Assembly (NCBI GenBank): GCA_030670165.1
Contig: DAOVCF010000001.1
Location: forward strand, 1 to 36,030
Reading direction: 5' to 3'
Length of the DNA: 36,030 nt
DNA from: Candidatus Stahliibacteriota bacterium
GTDB taxonomy: Bacteria > Hydrothermota > Tepidihabitantia > B3-TA06
Position 1 is the first letter of the stretch; each line of letters opens with the position of its first letter. A model generated the notes under the pieces. It was not told where the DNA came from. It searched no databases and saw only the letters and a program-made list of their open reading frames with translations. Below are positions 8,716-16,592 of this stretch, one piece after another. Made by a program: the position numbers and the translations under genes.

Positions 8716-8937
8716 ATGCCTGTAAGAGAGTTTCGATGCCGCGACTGCGGCAACACCTTCGAGTTTCTGATCCTGAAGGAATCGGATGAGGCAAGTTGTC
8801 CGAAATGCAAGTCTCGCAATCTTGAGAGGTTATTGTCGGTATTCGGGATAGCAGGCGCGGTCGAGAAAGCCCGGACTTCCTCCGGGGGAAGTGGGTGTTC
8901 TACCTGTTCATCAAGCAACTGCTCCACCTGTAGATAA
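8716..8937 (+). CDS. FmdB-family zinc-ribbon protein (putative regulatory protein)
   Basis: 'MPVREFRCRDCGNTFEFL..CPKCKS' (CxxC..CxxC). Cys/Ser-rich tail 'GCSTCSSSNCSTC'. Confidence 0.75.
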   Translation: MPVREFRCRDCGNTFEFLILKESDEASCPKCKSRNLERLLSVFGIAGAVEKARTSSGGSGCSTCSSSNCSTCR

Positions 8938-8970
8938 TGCTCCTTTTGCTCAAAGCGCAAATGGAGCATT
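8936..8970 (+). repeat. Hairpin-family copy abutting the stop codon (possible terminator)
   Basis: AATGCTCCTTTTGC (8936-8949) pairs with GCAAATGGAGCATT (8957-8970) with one mismatch. It starts inside the TAA stop (8935-8937) and is followed by AAGGGG. Confidence 0.5.
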
Positions 8971-9010
8971 AAGGGGTTCCTAAAATGGAACGGAGTATTC
9001 TTCTGGGGTG

Positions 9011-10492
9011 CTAGTCGTTGCGCAACCAGTATCTCTCCTGAGAGACCTCCTCCAGATCGGCGGGCTCCAGCCCGAGATGGGACAGGGCGTTTTCCGGAAT
9101 CTCAATAGGTAAAGGCTTGGGCCCGGTGCACTTGCCCTCAAGGAAGTTTACTGCGGCGGCAAAACCAGATATAAGTGATTCATCTATGGTACAATAGTAG
9201 AATCTCCCGTTGCGGCCTATAAGTGAAAGGTTTTTGAACCGATCTAAATAATCAAGGATTAGCTCGAGCGGCTCACGATAGCCAACGCTCCATACAGGAT
9301 AAGCGTGCGGCACAAACACCTTTTCGGCCTTACCTATCTCAGAGCCCTCCAGCAGCCCCAACCGGCGTCCTGTATTGAGGGTGATATCCAAAAGGTCCTC
9401 AACCGGCGCGTTCCAGAACCGATCGCCCTCGTTGGCGAAGAATTCAACCACCAGTGATGAGTACCTTCCGTCAGGAACCATCTGTGGACTCCAGTTGCGT
9501 GGTTCGTGCCAGCGACTAAACGGAACCATCTCATCAGGGAAGTATATCCATGAATCATCGGTAACGTTGGACGCGTTGATGCGGATGAACAGTATCACTA
9601 GGTCGCGGTATCGAAGCCTGGAGGCCGCTGTAAGGACTTCAGGTGGAGGCAAGGGGTCAAGTGCGGCGACCAGAAGGTCAAGGTCTATTGATGAGGCAAC
9701 CCATTCGGGTCCGATGGATTTTCTCCTGCCTTTTGGGTCTCGGCTGATGATTCTCGTGATGCGCTTGCCGTCGTGGGCGATCTTAACTACCTCATGCCCA
9801 AGATGAACCACTCCTCTACGCTTTTTTACCTCCCTTTCCAGATAACGAGCGATCTGTCCGATCCCGTGTCTTGGATAGAGGAAGCGGTCAACCAGGGTGG
9901 CGATATCGCCTCTGCGCGAGAAGAACTCACGAACCACCTTGCCCAGGGAGAGTCCCTTGATTCTGAGTGCTGCCCAGTCAGCTGAAAGTTCGGAAGGCTC
10001 AATCCCCCACACCTTCCGGGTGTAGTTTTCGAAGTTGAACTCGTATAGTGCGCGGCCGAACCGGTGGGTAACCCAATCCTCGAAGGAATCCTCTTTCCTG
10101 TCTCTGATACCTCGCACCTTTTCGATCAGGTAATCGGTAAGCATCTTAGCCGAATGTGTTAAGGGCAGCTTGCGGGCAACGTCTGACAACCGAACCGGAT
10201 AATCGAAGAACTTCCTGTCGAGGTAGAAGCGGCTCTTGCGCTGGGTCATGATCAATTCATCGCCCAGAAGCTTCTTTAGGAACACGGCAAGATAGCGCGA
10301 GGGGCTGTAGTAGCGGTGCCCGCCAAGGTCGTGGTAGTATCCGTCGTCGGTGCGGCGGGTAAGGGCGAGTCCGCCGGGGATATTACGCCTTTCAAGAACT
10401 TGTGCAGATACACCCGCTTTGGCCGCGAGGTAAGCCGCACCCAGCCCGGCGGTGCCCGCACCAAGCACGCAGAGGCAACATTCCCTACTCAT
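9011..10492 (-). CDS. FAD/NAD(P)-binding flavoprotein, UDP-galactopyranose-mutase-like
   Basis: Rossmann motif 'VLGAGTAGLGAAYLAAKAG..LERRNIPGG'. Blocks resembling E. coli Glf: 'YTRKVWGIEPSELSA' and C-terminal 'GRNGRFYYCTIDESLISG'. Its start overlaps the upstream GT-C stop by ATGA. Confidence 0.65.
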   Translation of the reverse strand: MSRECCLCVLGAGTAGLGAAYLAAKAGVSAQVLERRNIPGGLALTRRTDDGYYHDLGGHRYYSPSRYLAVFLKKLLGDELIMTQRKSRFYLDRKFFDYPVRLSDVARKLPLTHSAKMLTDYLIEKVRGIRDRKEDSFEDWVTHRFGRALYEFNFENYTRKVWGIEPSELSADWAALRIKGLSLGKVVREFFSRRGDIATLVDRFLYPRHGIGQIARYLEREVKKRRGVVHLGHEVVKIAHDGKRITRIISRDPKGRRKSIGPEWVASSIDLDLLVAALDPLPPPEVLTAASRLRYRDLVILFIRINASNVTDDSWIYFPDEMVPFSRWHEPRNWSPQMVPDGRYSSLVVEFFANEGDRFWNAPVEDLLDITLNTGRRLGLLEGSEIGKAEKVFVPHAYPVWSVGYREPLELILDYLDRFKNLSLIGRNGRFYYCTIDESLISGFAAAVNFLEGKCTGPKPLPIEIPENALSHLGLEPADLEEVSQERYWLRND

Positions 10493-11883
10493 AGCCGACG
10501 TAGCGTGTTTGTCTTCTTAAGATTGCCGGATGCCAATCCGTGTGCGGCCAGAAGCGCGGCAAGCGGCAACAAGGGCAGGAAGTGACGAGGCTGTCCTGCC
10601 GGACCGGTAACACCCATAAAGTAAATCGCTACCATGAATGCCAAAAGATTGAAGGGTGATCGAAAACCCTTGATTAAGAATCCCCTGAGTGCCAAACCGA
10701 TGATAAAAAGTTTGAAAAGAAACGCAGCCACGTACAAGAAAAAGATACCCCCTGTAGACACAACACGCTCTTCCCATATCAACCGAAGGGCTTCACCAAA
10801 ACGCAAAAGAAGAATCTCTGTGTGAATTAAGGCACCGATGGATCTAAATTCCAATTGAGGATTTGTATAAAATCTAGGAAATTCAATCAATCCAAGAGGC
10901 AAAAAAGTCTTAAGAATCCCTGCAAAGTAAATCCCTGCGTAACGAACCGGATGCTTGATCACATAACGTATAGCTTCCCGGCTGGCGATGAAAAAGCTAT
11001 CCGCATGGCTAATTGGCCGCCCATGTCTTTCGAATGCCCTCTCCTTTATATCAAATTCCGCCTCCAGCGGGGTTTTCTCTTCAATCACGGTTTTCACAGG
11101 AGCGGCGTGCCGTTCCACAAGATTTACCCACTGGACACTGGATAAGAAGAACCGGCCGAAAACCAACCGATTGCGAACAAACCAGGGTGAGACGATAAGA
11201 ATATAGGATAATAGGAGCACACCGTATCCCATAAGACGCGCTCGTGTAGGTTTTTTAGTCAGAAAAAGAAAGGGAACGAGAAGGGGAAAATACAATCCTA
11301 CTGGACGGATGAGGGTAGCTATCCCCAGTAACACACCTGCCCCCAAGCCTGATCTTATGGACGCCTTCTCTTCGAAGAGCCGTAACACAAACCATAAACT
11401 CGGGATGAGAAATGCAAGGAACAGCACATCCGGCATCAGCTGAACCGAGGAGAAAGCAAGACCCATATCGAACAGAAGAAAGATCCCAGTGATGATCCCT
11501 ATCTTTATCGAAAACCTCTCACTCCCCCAACGTATCATCAGCGCTACTAGAGCAAGAACCAACAAAATCTGGATGACAACCATCACATAGAATACACGGC
11601 CACAGATTGCGTAAATTCCTGCCAAAAGTAAAGGATAAATCGGGACGAAAGCAGAATCTGCAGTATAGGATAGAGCAGTGGCCAGTGAATATCCGTTACC
11701 ACTCAGGAGATTCTTAGCTAAGAGTTCATAACGCATCGCATCAGGCGTTACAAAAACACGCAATGGATCAACCAGTCCAGGTATAAGCAACAGAAAATAC
11801 ACCGCCAACGAGACACCAAGCAATACGATTAACCATCTATGTCTCACTGAGGTAGAGCGGAGATCAAATCGGCAATTCTTCAT
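10489..11883 (-). CDS. GT-C fold membrane glycosyltransferase-like protein (PMT/ArnT, GT39/83-like), paralog A
   Basis: Polytopic hydrophobic protein. First-loop region 'PDAMRYELLAKNLLSGNGYS' is typical of COG1807-type enzymes. It is a paralog of 11922..13334. Confidence 0.6.
   Translation of the reverse strand: MKNCRFDLRSTSVRHRWLIVLLGVSLAVYFLLLIPGLVDPLRVFVTPDAMRYELLAKNLLSGNGYSLATALSYTADSAFVPIYPLLLAGIYAICGRVFYVMVVIQILLVLALVALMIRWGSERFSIKIGIITGIFLLFDMGLAFSSVQLMPDVLFLAFLIPSLWFVLRLFEEKASIRSGLGAGVLLGIATLIRPVGLYFPLLVPFLFLTKKPTRARLMGYGVLLLSYILIVSPWFVRNRLVFGRFFLSSVQWVNLVERHAAPVKTVIEEKTPLEAEFDIKERAFERHGRPISHADSFFIASREAIRYVIKHPVRYAGIYFAGILKTFLPLGLIEFPRFYTNPQLEFRSIGALIHTEILLLRFGEALRLIWEERVVSTGGIFFLYVAAFLFKLFIIGLALRGFLIKGFRSPFNLLAFMVAIYFMGVTGPAGQPRHFLPLLPLAALLAAHGLASGNLKKTNTLRRL
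10559..10671. repeat. 113-nt near-identical tract shared with 12001..12113
   Basis: Manual alignment gives 7 mismatches in 113 nt, including a 41-nt perfect block (10625-10665 = 12067-12107). Confidence 0.85.
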
Positions 11884-11921
11884 TGGTCTTGCTCTCCTTC
11901 AAAGGAAGGCCCTTATTCATA

Positions 11922-13334
11922 TCAGGAGGGGGTGTCATGAGGCGGACTCTTAGCTTCTGAAGGTATACCGATGGCTAATCCATGTGCTGCAAGAAGCACT
12001 GCAAGCGGCAACAAGGGCAGGAAGTGGCGAGGCTGTCCTGCCGGGCCGACAACACCTATAAAGTAGATCGCTACCATGAATGCCAAAAGATTGAAGGGTG
12101 ATCGAAATCCCTTCTTAACGAATCCCTTTATCGCCAGTACGATAATGAAGATATTGAACAGCAACCCCAGCACGTAGACAACAAACACCCAGCCGGTGGG
12201 TGCTATACGTTCCTGCCAGATCACCCTTAGCGCCTCTCCCACATCACCCTTCAGAATAGCCTTTTGGACGGGGGGAGTAAGGTTTCTGATCCCTTGCTCA
12301 GGGGAAGCGTAAAAAAGCAGGAATTCGGCAAACCCCAAGGGGAGCAGGGTTTTGACCACACCTGCGGCATAGAGCACTGTGTATCGACCTGGATGCTTCA
12401 GGATGTAGCGCACGGCTTCCCGCCCGGTAAAGATGAACCCCTCCGCTTCATTGCGCGGTTCGCCGTATCTTGCAAAGGCGGCCCGCTCCAGATCGGCTTC
12501 CGCTTCGTTGATACTCTTGCCCTCGATGCTGGCCTTTATGGGTGCGGCATGAATATGCGATAGGTTAAAGGACTGAACGGTAGAGAAGAAGAGGTGCCCG
12601 AATACTACCCGATTTCGAATAAACCAGGGAGAGACAACCGCGATGCAGACCAGAAGCAGCGCTCCGTAGCCGAACAAACGAGATCGGCCAGGCTTACCGA
12701 AGGGTTTGATGAAGAAAAGAAGGGCGAGGATAAGGGGGAAGTAGAGTCCAATCGGGCGTGTTAAAGCGCCCAGCCCCAGAAGCAGACCCGCACCAAGACC
12801 GGAACATACGGGACTATATCCTTGAAAAAGGCGAAGCACCAACCATAAACCAGGGAGAAGAAATACAAGGAAAAGGATATCAGTCATGATCTGGGTAGAA
12901 TAAAAGGCAAGGCACAGATTAAGTAGAAGCAGGATGCCTGCAATGATACCCGCCTCCTTGGAGAACTGCCGAATTCCACACCACGTCAGCCCTGCGATAA
13001 GCGCAAGGCTCAAGATAACCTGGATTATCACAACAGCATAGGGCGATTGTCCGAATACTGCATAGATACCGGCTATAAACAGTGGATAGCCGGGTACCAT
13101 GGTCGAGTTCGGATTGTAGGGAGGCAAGGCAGCCAAGGAGTAGCCATTGCCGGAAAGCATGTTTAAAGCCAGGCTTTCGTAGCACGATGAATCAGCCCAT
13201 ACAAATAGCCTTGAGGAATCTTTGAGCGCAGGGATAAGTAGAAGGAAGTGGATCGCCAGCGAGAGAGCCAGAAGCAGAAATAGCCACCGATTGCTCCTTA
13301 AGGTCTCCCCAAGATTCAATCGGCAGCCGTGCAT
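11922..13334 (-). CDS. GT-C fold membrane glycosyltransferase-like protein (PMT/ArnT-like), paralog B
   Basis: Same architecture as paralog A and roughly half the residues are identical by eye. The C-terminal 'KGFRSPFNLLAFMVAIYF.GV.GPAGQPRHFLPLLPLA.LLAAHGLA' is almost identical. Confidence 0.6.
   Translation of the reverse strand: MHGCRLNLGETLRSNRWLFLLLALSLAIHFLLLIPALKDSSRLFVWADSSCYESLALNMLSGNGYSLAALPPYNPNSTMVPGYPLFIAGIYAVFGQSPYAVVIIQVILSLALIAGLTWCGIRQFSKEAGIIAGILLLLNLCLAFYSTQIMTDILFLVFLLPGLWLVLRLFQGYSPVCSGLGAGLLLGLGALTRPIGLYFPLILALLFFIKPFGKPGRSRLFGYGALLLVCIAVVSPWFIRNRVVFGHLFFSTVQSFNLSHIHAAPIKASIEGKSINEAEADLERAAFARYGEPRNEAEGFIFTGREAVRYILKHPGRYTVLYAAGVVKTLLPLGFAEFLLFYASPEQGIRNLTPPVQKAILKGDVGEALRVIWQERIAPTGWVFVVYVLGLLFNIFIIVLAIKGFVKKGFRSPFNLLAFMVAIYFIGVVGPAGQPRHFLPLLPLAVLLAAHGLAIGIPSEAKSPPHDTPS
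12001..12113. repeat. Partner of the 10559..10671 near-identical tract
   Basis: See 10559..10671. Confidence 0.85.
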
Positions 13335-13342
13335 TTAATAAA

Positions 13343-14410
13343 CTATTCCAGGGATTCTTCAGCCTCGGCGCGCAGGTTCTTGAGATAGGTGCGGGCCGCG
13401 GAGGAAAAGGAACCAGAAGGGTCTATCTCAAGTACCGCTTCGAAGTCGCTGCGTGCGGCATCACTCTGGCCTTGCTCAAGACGCGTCTTACCGCGCTCAA
13501 GATAGGCCTCGGCGATCCTGGAGCGGACAAGTTCGTTTCCGGGATCCCTCTTCAGGGCTTTTTTATAGTCGTTAAGCGCGGCGCTATATTCGGCCTGGTC
13601 AAGGTATACCCTTCCCCGATTCAGATAGGCGCGGGTAAGTCCTGGATCGAGGAGCAACGCCTTGGTGTAGTCGGCCTCTGCTCTGATTAGATTACCCATC
13701 CTGTAGTAGGCGGTGCCGCGATTGTTGTAAGCCAGGGCGTAGTCCGGTCTCAGCTCAATCGCATGTGTATAGTCGGCTACGGCTTCCTCGAGACGATCTG
13801 TATCCGCATACAGGGCACCTCTGTTGTTGTAGGCCAGGGCCGAGTTGGAATCAAGCTCTAAGGCCTGATCGTAGAACCCCAAGGCCTCCTCAGTTGCCTC
13901 TTCATAGTCCGCACATAAGGCAAGGTTGAGGCATATCTCCGGGTTCAGGGAATCTAACTCACGAGCCTTCTCGTATATCAAACGAGCCTGGTTGTAGTTC
14001 TCCTTCTTGAAGTAGACGTTGCCCAGGTTGTTGTAGTAGTCGGCCCTTGTCGAATCGAGCCTTATAGCCTGCTCGAAGTCCAGCCTTGCCTGATCTAATG
14101 CCCCCATGTGCATATAGGTGGTAGCGCGATTGTGGTAGTAGACCGCGTCCTTTGGGCTAAGCCCTATCGCCTTACTGAAGGCGGCGGCTGCGGCCTCGTA
14201 GTCGGCGAGCGCGTCGTAGGCCAACCCCATACGGTTGAAGGGCTCGGGCTTCTGGGGCTTCTTCTCCGCATATCCCTTGTACAGCTCGGCGGCTTTGGCA
14301 TAATCACCCTGTTCGAGAGCCGTATCTGCATCGCGGATCAACCGCGGGGTGCAACCGAGTAACGTAAGGAGAACGGCTAAAAGACACGCCATATAAAGAA
14401 ACTTCTTCAC
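13343..14410 (-). CDS. TPR-repeat lipoprotein
   Basis: Lipobox 'LLTLLGC'. At least 7 consecutive 34-aa TPR units ('YNNRG.AY..MG....A..DY..AL.LDP'). I prefer GTG at 14410, with GGAGG 6 nt upstream. The track start, TTG at 14416, abuts the RBS. Confidence 0.85.
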   Translation of the reverse strand: MKKFLYMACLLAVLLTLLGCTPRLIRDADTALEQGDYAKAAELYKGYAEKKPQKPEPFNRMGLAYDALADYEAAAAAFSKAIGLSPKDAVYYHNRATTYMHMGALDQARLDFEQAIRLDSTRADYYNNLGNVYFKKENYNQARLIYEKARELDSLNPEICLNLALCADYEEATEEALGFYDQALELDSNSALAYNNRGALYADTDRLEEAVADYTHAIELRPDYALAYNNRGTAYYRMGNLIRAEADYTKALLLDPGLTRAYLNRGRVYLDQAEYSAALNDYKKALKRDPGNELVRSRIAEAYLERGKTRLEQGQSDAARSDFEAVLEIDPSGSFSSAARTYLKNLRAEAEESLE

Positions 14411-14440
14411 GATCAACCTCCGGGTTTTCTTGTTTGCTAA

Positions 14441-14468
14441 ATCATACCGAGAGTTTGAGAGGTGTCAA
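14441..14468 (-). promoter_or_regulatory. sigma70-type promoter of the TPR/GT-C/flavoprotein operon
   Basis: On the minus strand: TTGACA (14468-14463), 16 nt spacer, TATGAT (14446-14441). Confidence 0.45.
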
Positions 14469-14501
14469 CTTTTAAAATCATACCGCAACTGAACCAACCA
14501 C

Positions 14502-14530
14502 TTGACAAGGCTCCAAAAACTGGATAGCAT
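14502..14530 (+). promoter_or_regulatory. Candidate promoter of the PPC-domain lipoprotein gene
   Basis: TTGACA 14502-14507, 17 nt spacer, TAGCAT 14525-14530. The track's ORF 'start' at 14502 is the TTG of this -35 box. Confidence 0.4.
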
Positions 14531-14606
14531 TGATATAACGAGTCGGATGTTTCTTCTGAAGATTGAGAAGCAGCCGCACTCATTGCAAATCAACCAAGGA
14601 GGAGTA

Positions 14607-15737
14607 ATGGGACCATCCAAAAAGCTGCCGCTAGTGGTGGCATCTATATTTCTTGTAGTTGGACTATTCCTCTCTCTAAGCTGCGCCAGCAACAATCTAC
14701 CCTTGATCCCGTCAGACCCACACCCGAGCGACGGTGCTATGGGTCAGCCGAGGAGCCTGACGCTTTACTGGAGCGGAGGGGACCCGGACCCGGAGCTCTG
14801 CTACTACGACCTCTACTTTGGAAACACAAACCCCCCGCCCCTTAAAGAGGTCAACCTGCTGGAAAGACACTGCGAGATCGCCGACCTCGACACCAACACC
14901 ACCTATTACTGGATGATAATGGCCCAGGACGAGCAGGGCGATACCGCTGCCGGGCCGATATGGTCGTTTAGCACCGCAAGGGATGACTCATACGAACCTA
15001 ACGACTGCTTTAACTCCGCTTACGGCCATCTGGTGTTCGGAGCCGTCTACGAATCATGGATCTGGGACTGGGAGGATTATTATGACTTCTACTACTTTAT
15101 TCCGGATACCAGTGGTATCGTTAAAATCGATCTCTACAACCTGCCCGCAGACTACAACCTGGTCCTTTTTAATGAGAGGCAGGAAGGAATCGGTTACTCC
15201 ATGAGATACGGAAACATCCCTGAATCAATCTCCTACCACGTTAACGAGTCGGATATCTACTACGTAGGAGTCTTTCAATACGGTCCTGCAGACTCTACGG
15301 ACTCCTATCTCCTGAAGGTAGACTACGTCCAGGGCCACGACTCTTACGAACCAAACGACTTCTTCGATGAGGCATACGGTCCACTGGATTTTGATATGAC
15401 CTACCAATCATGGATATCCACCCCGTACGATGTAGACATCTACTACTTCGTCCCCCCCATTGAAGACCGAATAGTGATCGATCTCTACACCCTGCCTGCA
15501 AATTACGATCTCGCCCTGCACGATTCCTCCTACAATCGAATAGCCGCATCCGAGAATGAAGACACTGTGAGTGAGCGGATAGAATTCGACGCCTCGGCCT
15601 CCGAGACGTACTATGTGGCTGTATATTCTTACGAAGGGTACGATGCTTTTGATTCCTATTACCTGGCGGTTCATTATTCCGAAGCCATCCATTCATGGGG
15701 ACTTATGCTTGGGGAGAAAAAACTGAGAATCGATTGA
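14607..15737 (+). CDS. Secreted lipoprotein with an FN3-like domain and two pre-peptidase C-terminal (PPC) domains
   Basis: ATG at 14607 is preceded by AAGGAGGAG. Signal/lipobox 'VVGLFLSLSC'. Two about 115-aa repeats each open with 'DSYEPND.F..AYG' and end 'DSY.L.V.Y' (about 14983-15333 and 15334-15690). Confidence 0.7.
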   Translation: MGPSKKLPLVVASIFLVVGLFLSLSCASNNLPLIPSDPHPSDGAMGQPRSLTLYWSGGDPDPELCYYDLYFGNTNPPPLKEVNLLERHCEIADLDTNTTYYWMIMAQDEQGDTAAGPIWSFSTARDDSYEPNDCFNSAYGHLVFGAVYESWIWDWEDYYDFYYFIPDTSGIVKIDLYNLPADYNLVLFNERQEGIGYSMRYGNIPESISYHVNESDIYYVGVFQYGPADSTDSYLLKVDYVQGHDSYEPNDFFDEAYGPLDFDMTYQSWISTPYDVDIYYFVPPIEDRIVIDLYTLPANYDLALHDSSYNRIAASENEDTVSERIEFDASASETYYVAVYSYEGYDAFDSYYLAVHYSEAIHSWGLMLGEKKLRID

Positions 15738-15759
15738 AAAGCATTAAGTCAATAGCCTT

Positions 15760-15794
15760 CCCCCTATTTCCTTGAGGGAGATAGGGGGCTTTTT
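15760..15794 (+). terminator. Rho-independent terminator
   Basis: CCCCCTAT (15760-15767) pairs with ATAGGGGG (15781-15788). The stem extends inward with GU pairs and is followed by CTTTTT. Confidence 0.7.
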
Positions 15795-15888
15795 AAATAT
15801 CTCCGGGATGATCTGCCCGACAACATTTTCCAACTACCTGTAGGCAGCAAATAAATCACTCAAAGGATAGGGAAGCAACGTCGCCCCC

Positions 15889-15916
15889 TTGACTTGTTCG
15901 AAATCCGCACTATACT
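15889..15916 (+). promoter_or_regulatory. Candidate promoter upstream of the GTPase-like gene
   Basis: TTGACT 15889-15894, 16 nt spacer, TATACT 15911-15916. This implies a leader of about 145 nt. Confidence 0.35.
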
Positions 15917-16066
15917 TCCAGAAAGAGGATAGCATCGGCGATCTACTATCGGAGGACGGCAAAGCCTGAATTAAAATCGACGTCGAGTGAATTAGCCGGT
16001 GTTTGACATTCTTGCTTTCGTATACTGGAGACGTTGAGAGAATCTAAACTTAGTGGAGGAGGTTCT

Positions 16067-16558
16067 ATGGCAAACGCCAGGGCGCGGTTGCGAACGAAGA
16101 GGATTTTCAACCTTATGATCATAGGCGCCGACCGCAGGACGCGCAACGCGTTCATTCAGTCACTCCTGGGCGAAAATAATATGGAGGAAGAAAATGGGCT
16201 CCCGCTGTTGAACTTCGGCAAGGTTAAGTCTGGATCTTACAGTGTCAACTTGTATGGGATTCCGTCGGACCCTCGCTTTGCTAAGATATGGCAGGCATTT
16301 GCCCCCAAGGTAGAAGGGATGATCCTTCTGGGCGGCGCCGGTTCCGAAAAAGATATAAGTAACCTGAACTACGCGCTTTCCCTCCTGCGCGAGGATGTAA
16401 AGGGCCCGGCAATACTGGTCAACACCGACCCTGTCCATTACGAAATCCCACTTGAAGAGAATATGCCGGACGTGAAGACGTTTACCTGTTTTCCTTCCGA
16501 CCGCATCAGGGCAGCGGGGATACTGAAGGATCTTCTTGCCGAACTTAACTGCCGTTAG
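16067..16558 (+). CDS. Small Ras-like/COG2229-type GTPase homolog with degenerate nucleotide-binding motifs (pseudo-GTPase candidate)
   Basis: ATG at 16067 is preceded by GGAGGAGG. The layout matches CvnD/MglA-like proteins ('LNFGKV..VNLYGIPSDPRFAKIW..VEGMILL..ILVNTD'). The P-loop position reads 'GADRRTRN' instead of GxxxxGK[ST]. Confidence 0.6.
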   Translation: MANARARLRTKRIFNLMIIGADRRTRNAFIQSLLGENNMEEENGLPLLNFGKVKSGSYSVNLYGIPSDPRFAKIWQAFAPKVEGMILLGGAGSEKDISNLNYALSLLREDVKGPAILVNTDPVHYEIPLEENMPDVKTFTCFPSDRIRAAGILKDLLAELNCR

Positions 16559-16592
16559 CCATCGATATCAAGACACCAATCAGATCGAGGAT

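Noticed and set aside
14502-14606. N-terminal extensions of track ORFs starting at 14502, 34357 and 16754
   Set aside because: The starts at 14502 and 34357 are the TTG of TTGACA -35 boxes. The extension from 16754 spans the promoter at 16866-16893. In each case a downstream ATG has a strong AGGAGG-type RBS followed by a signal peptide.
16003-16026. TTGACA..TATACT pair just upstream of the GTPase-like gene as its promoter
   Set aside because: The spacer is only 12 nt, too short for a sigma70-type promoter. The 15889-15916 pair fits better but is itself uncertain.
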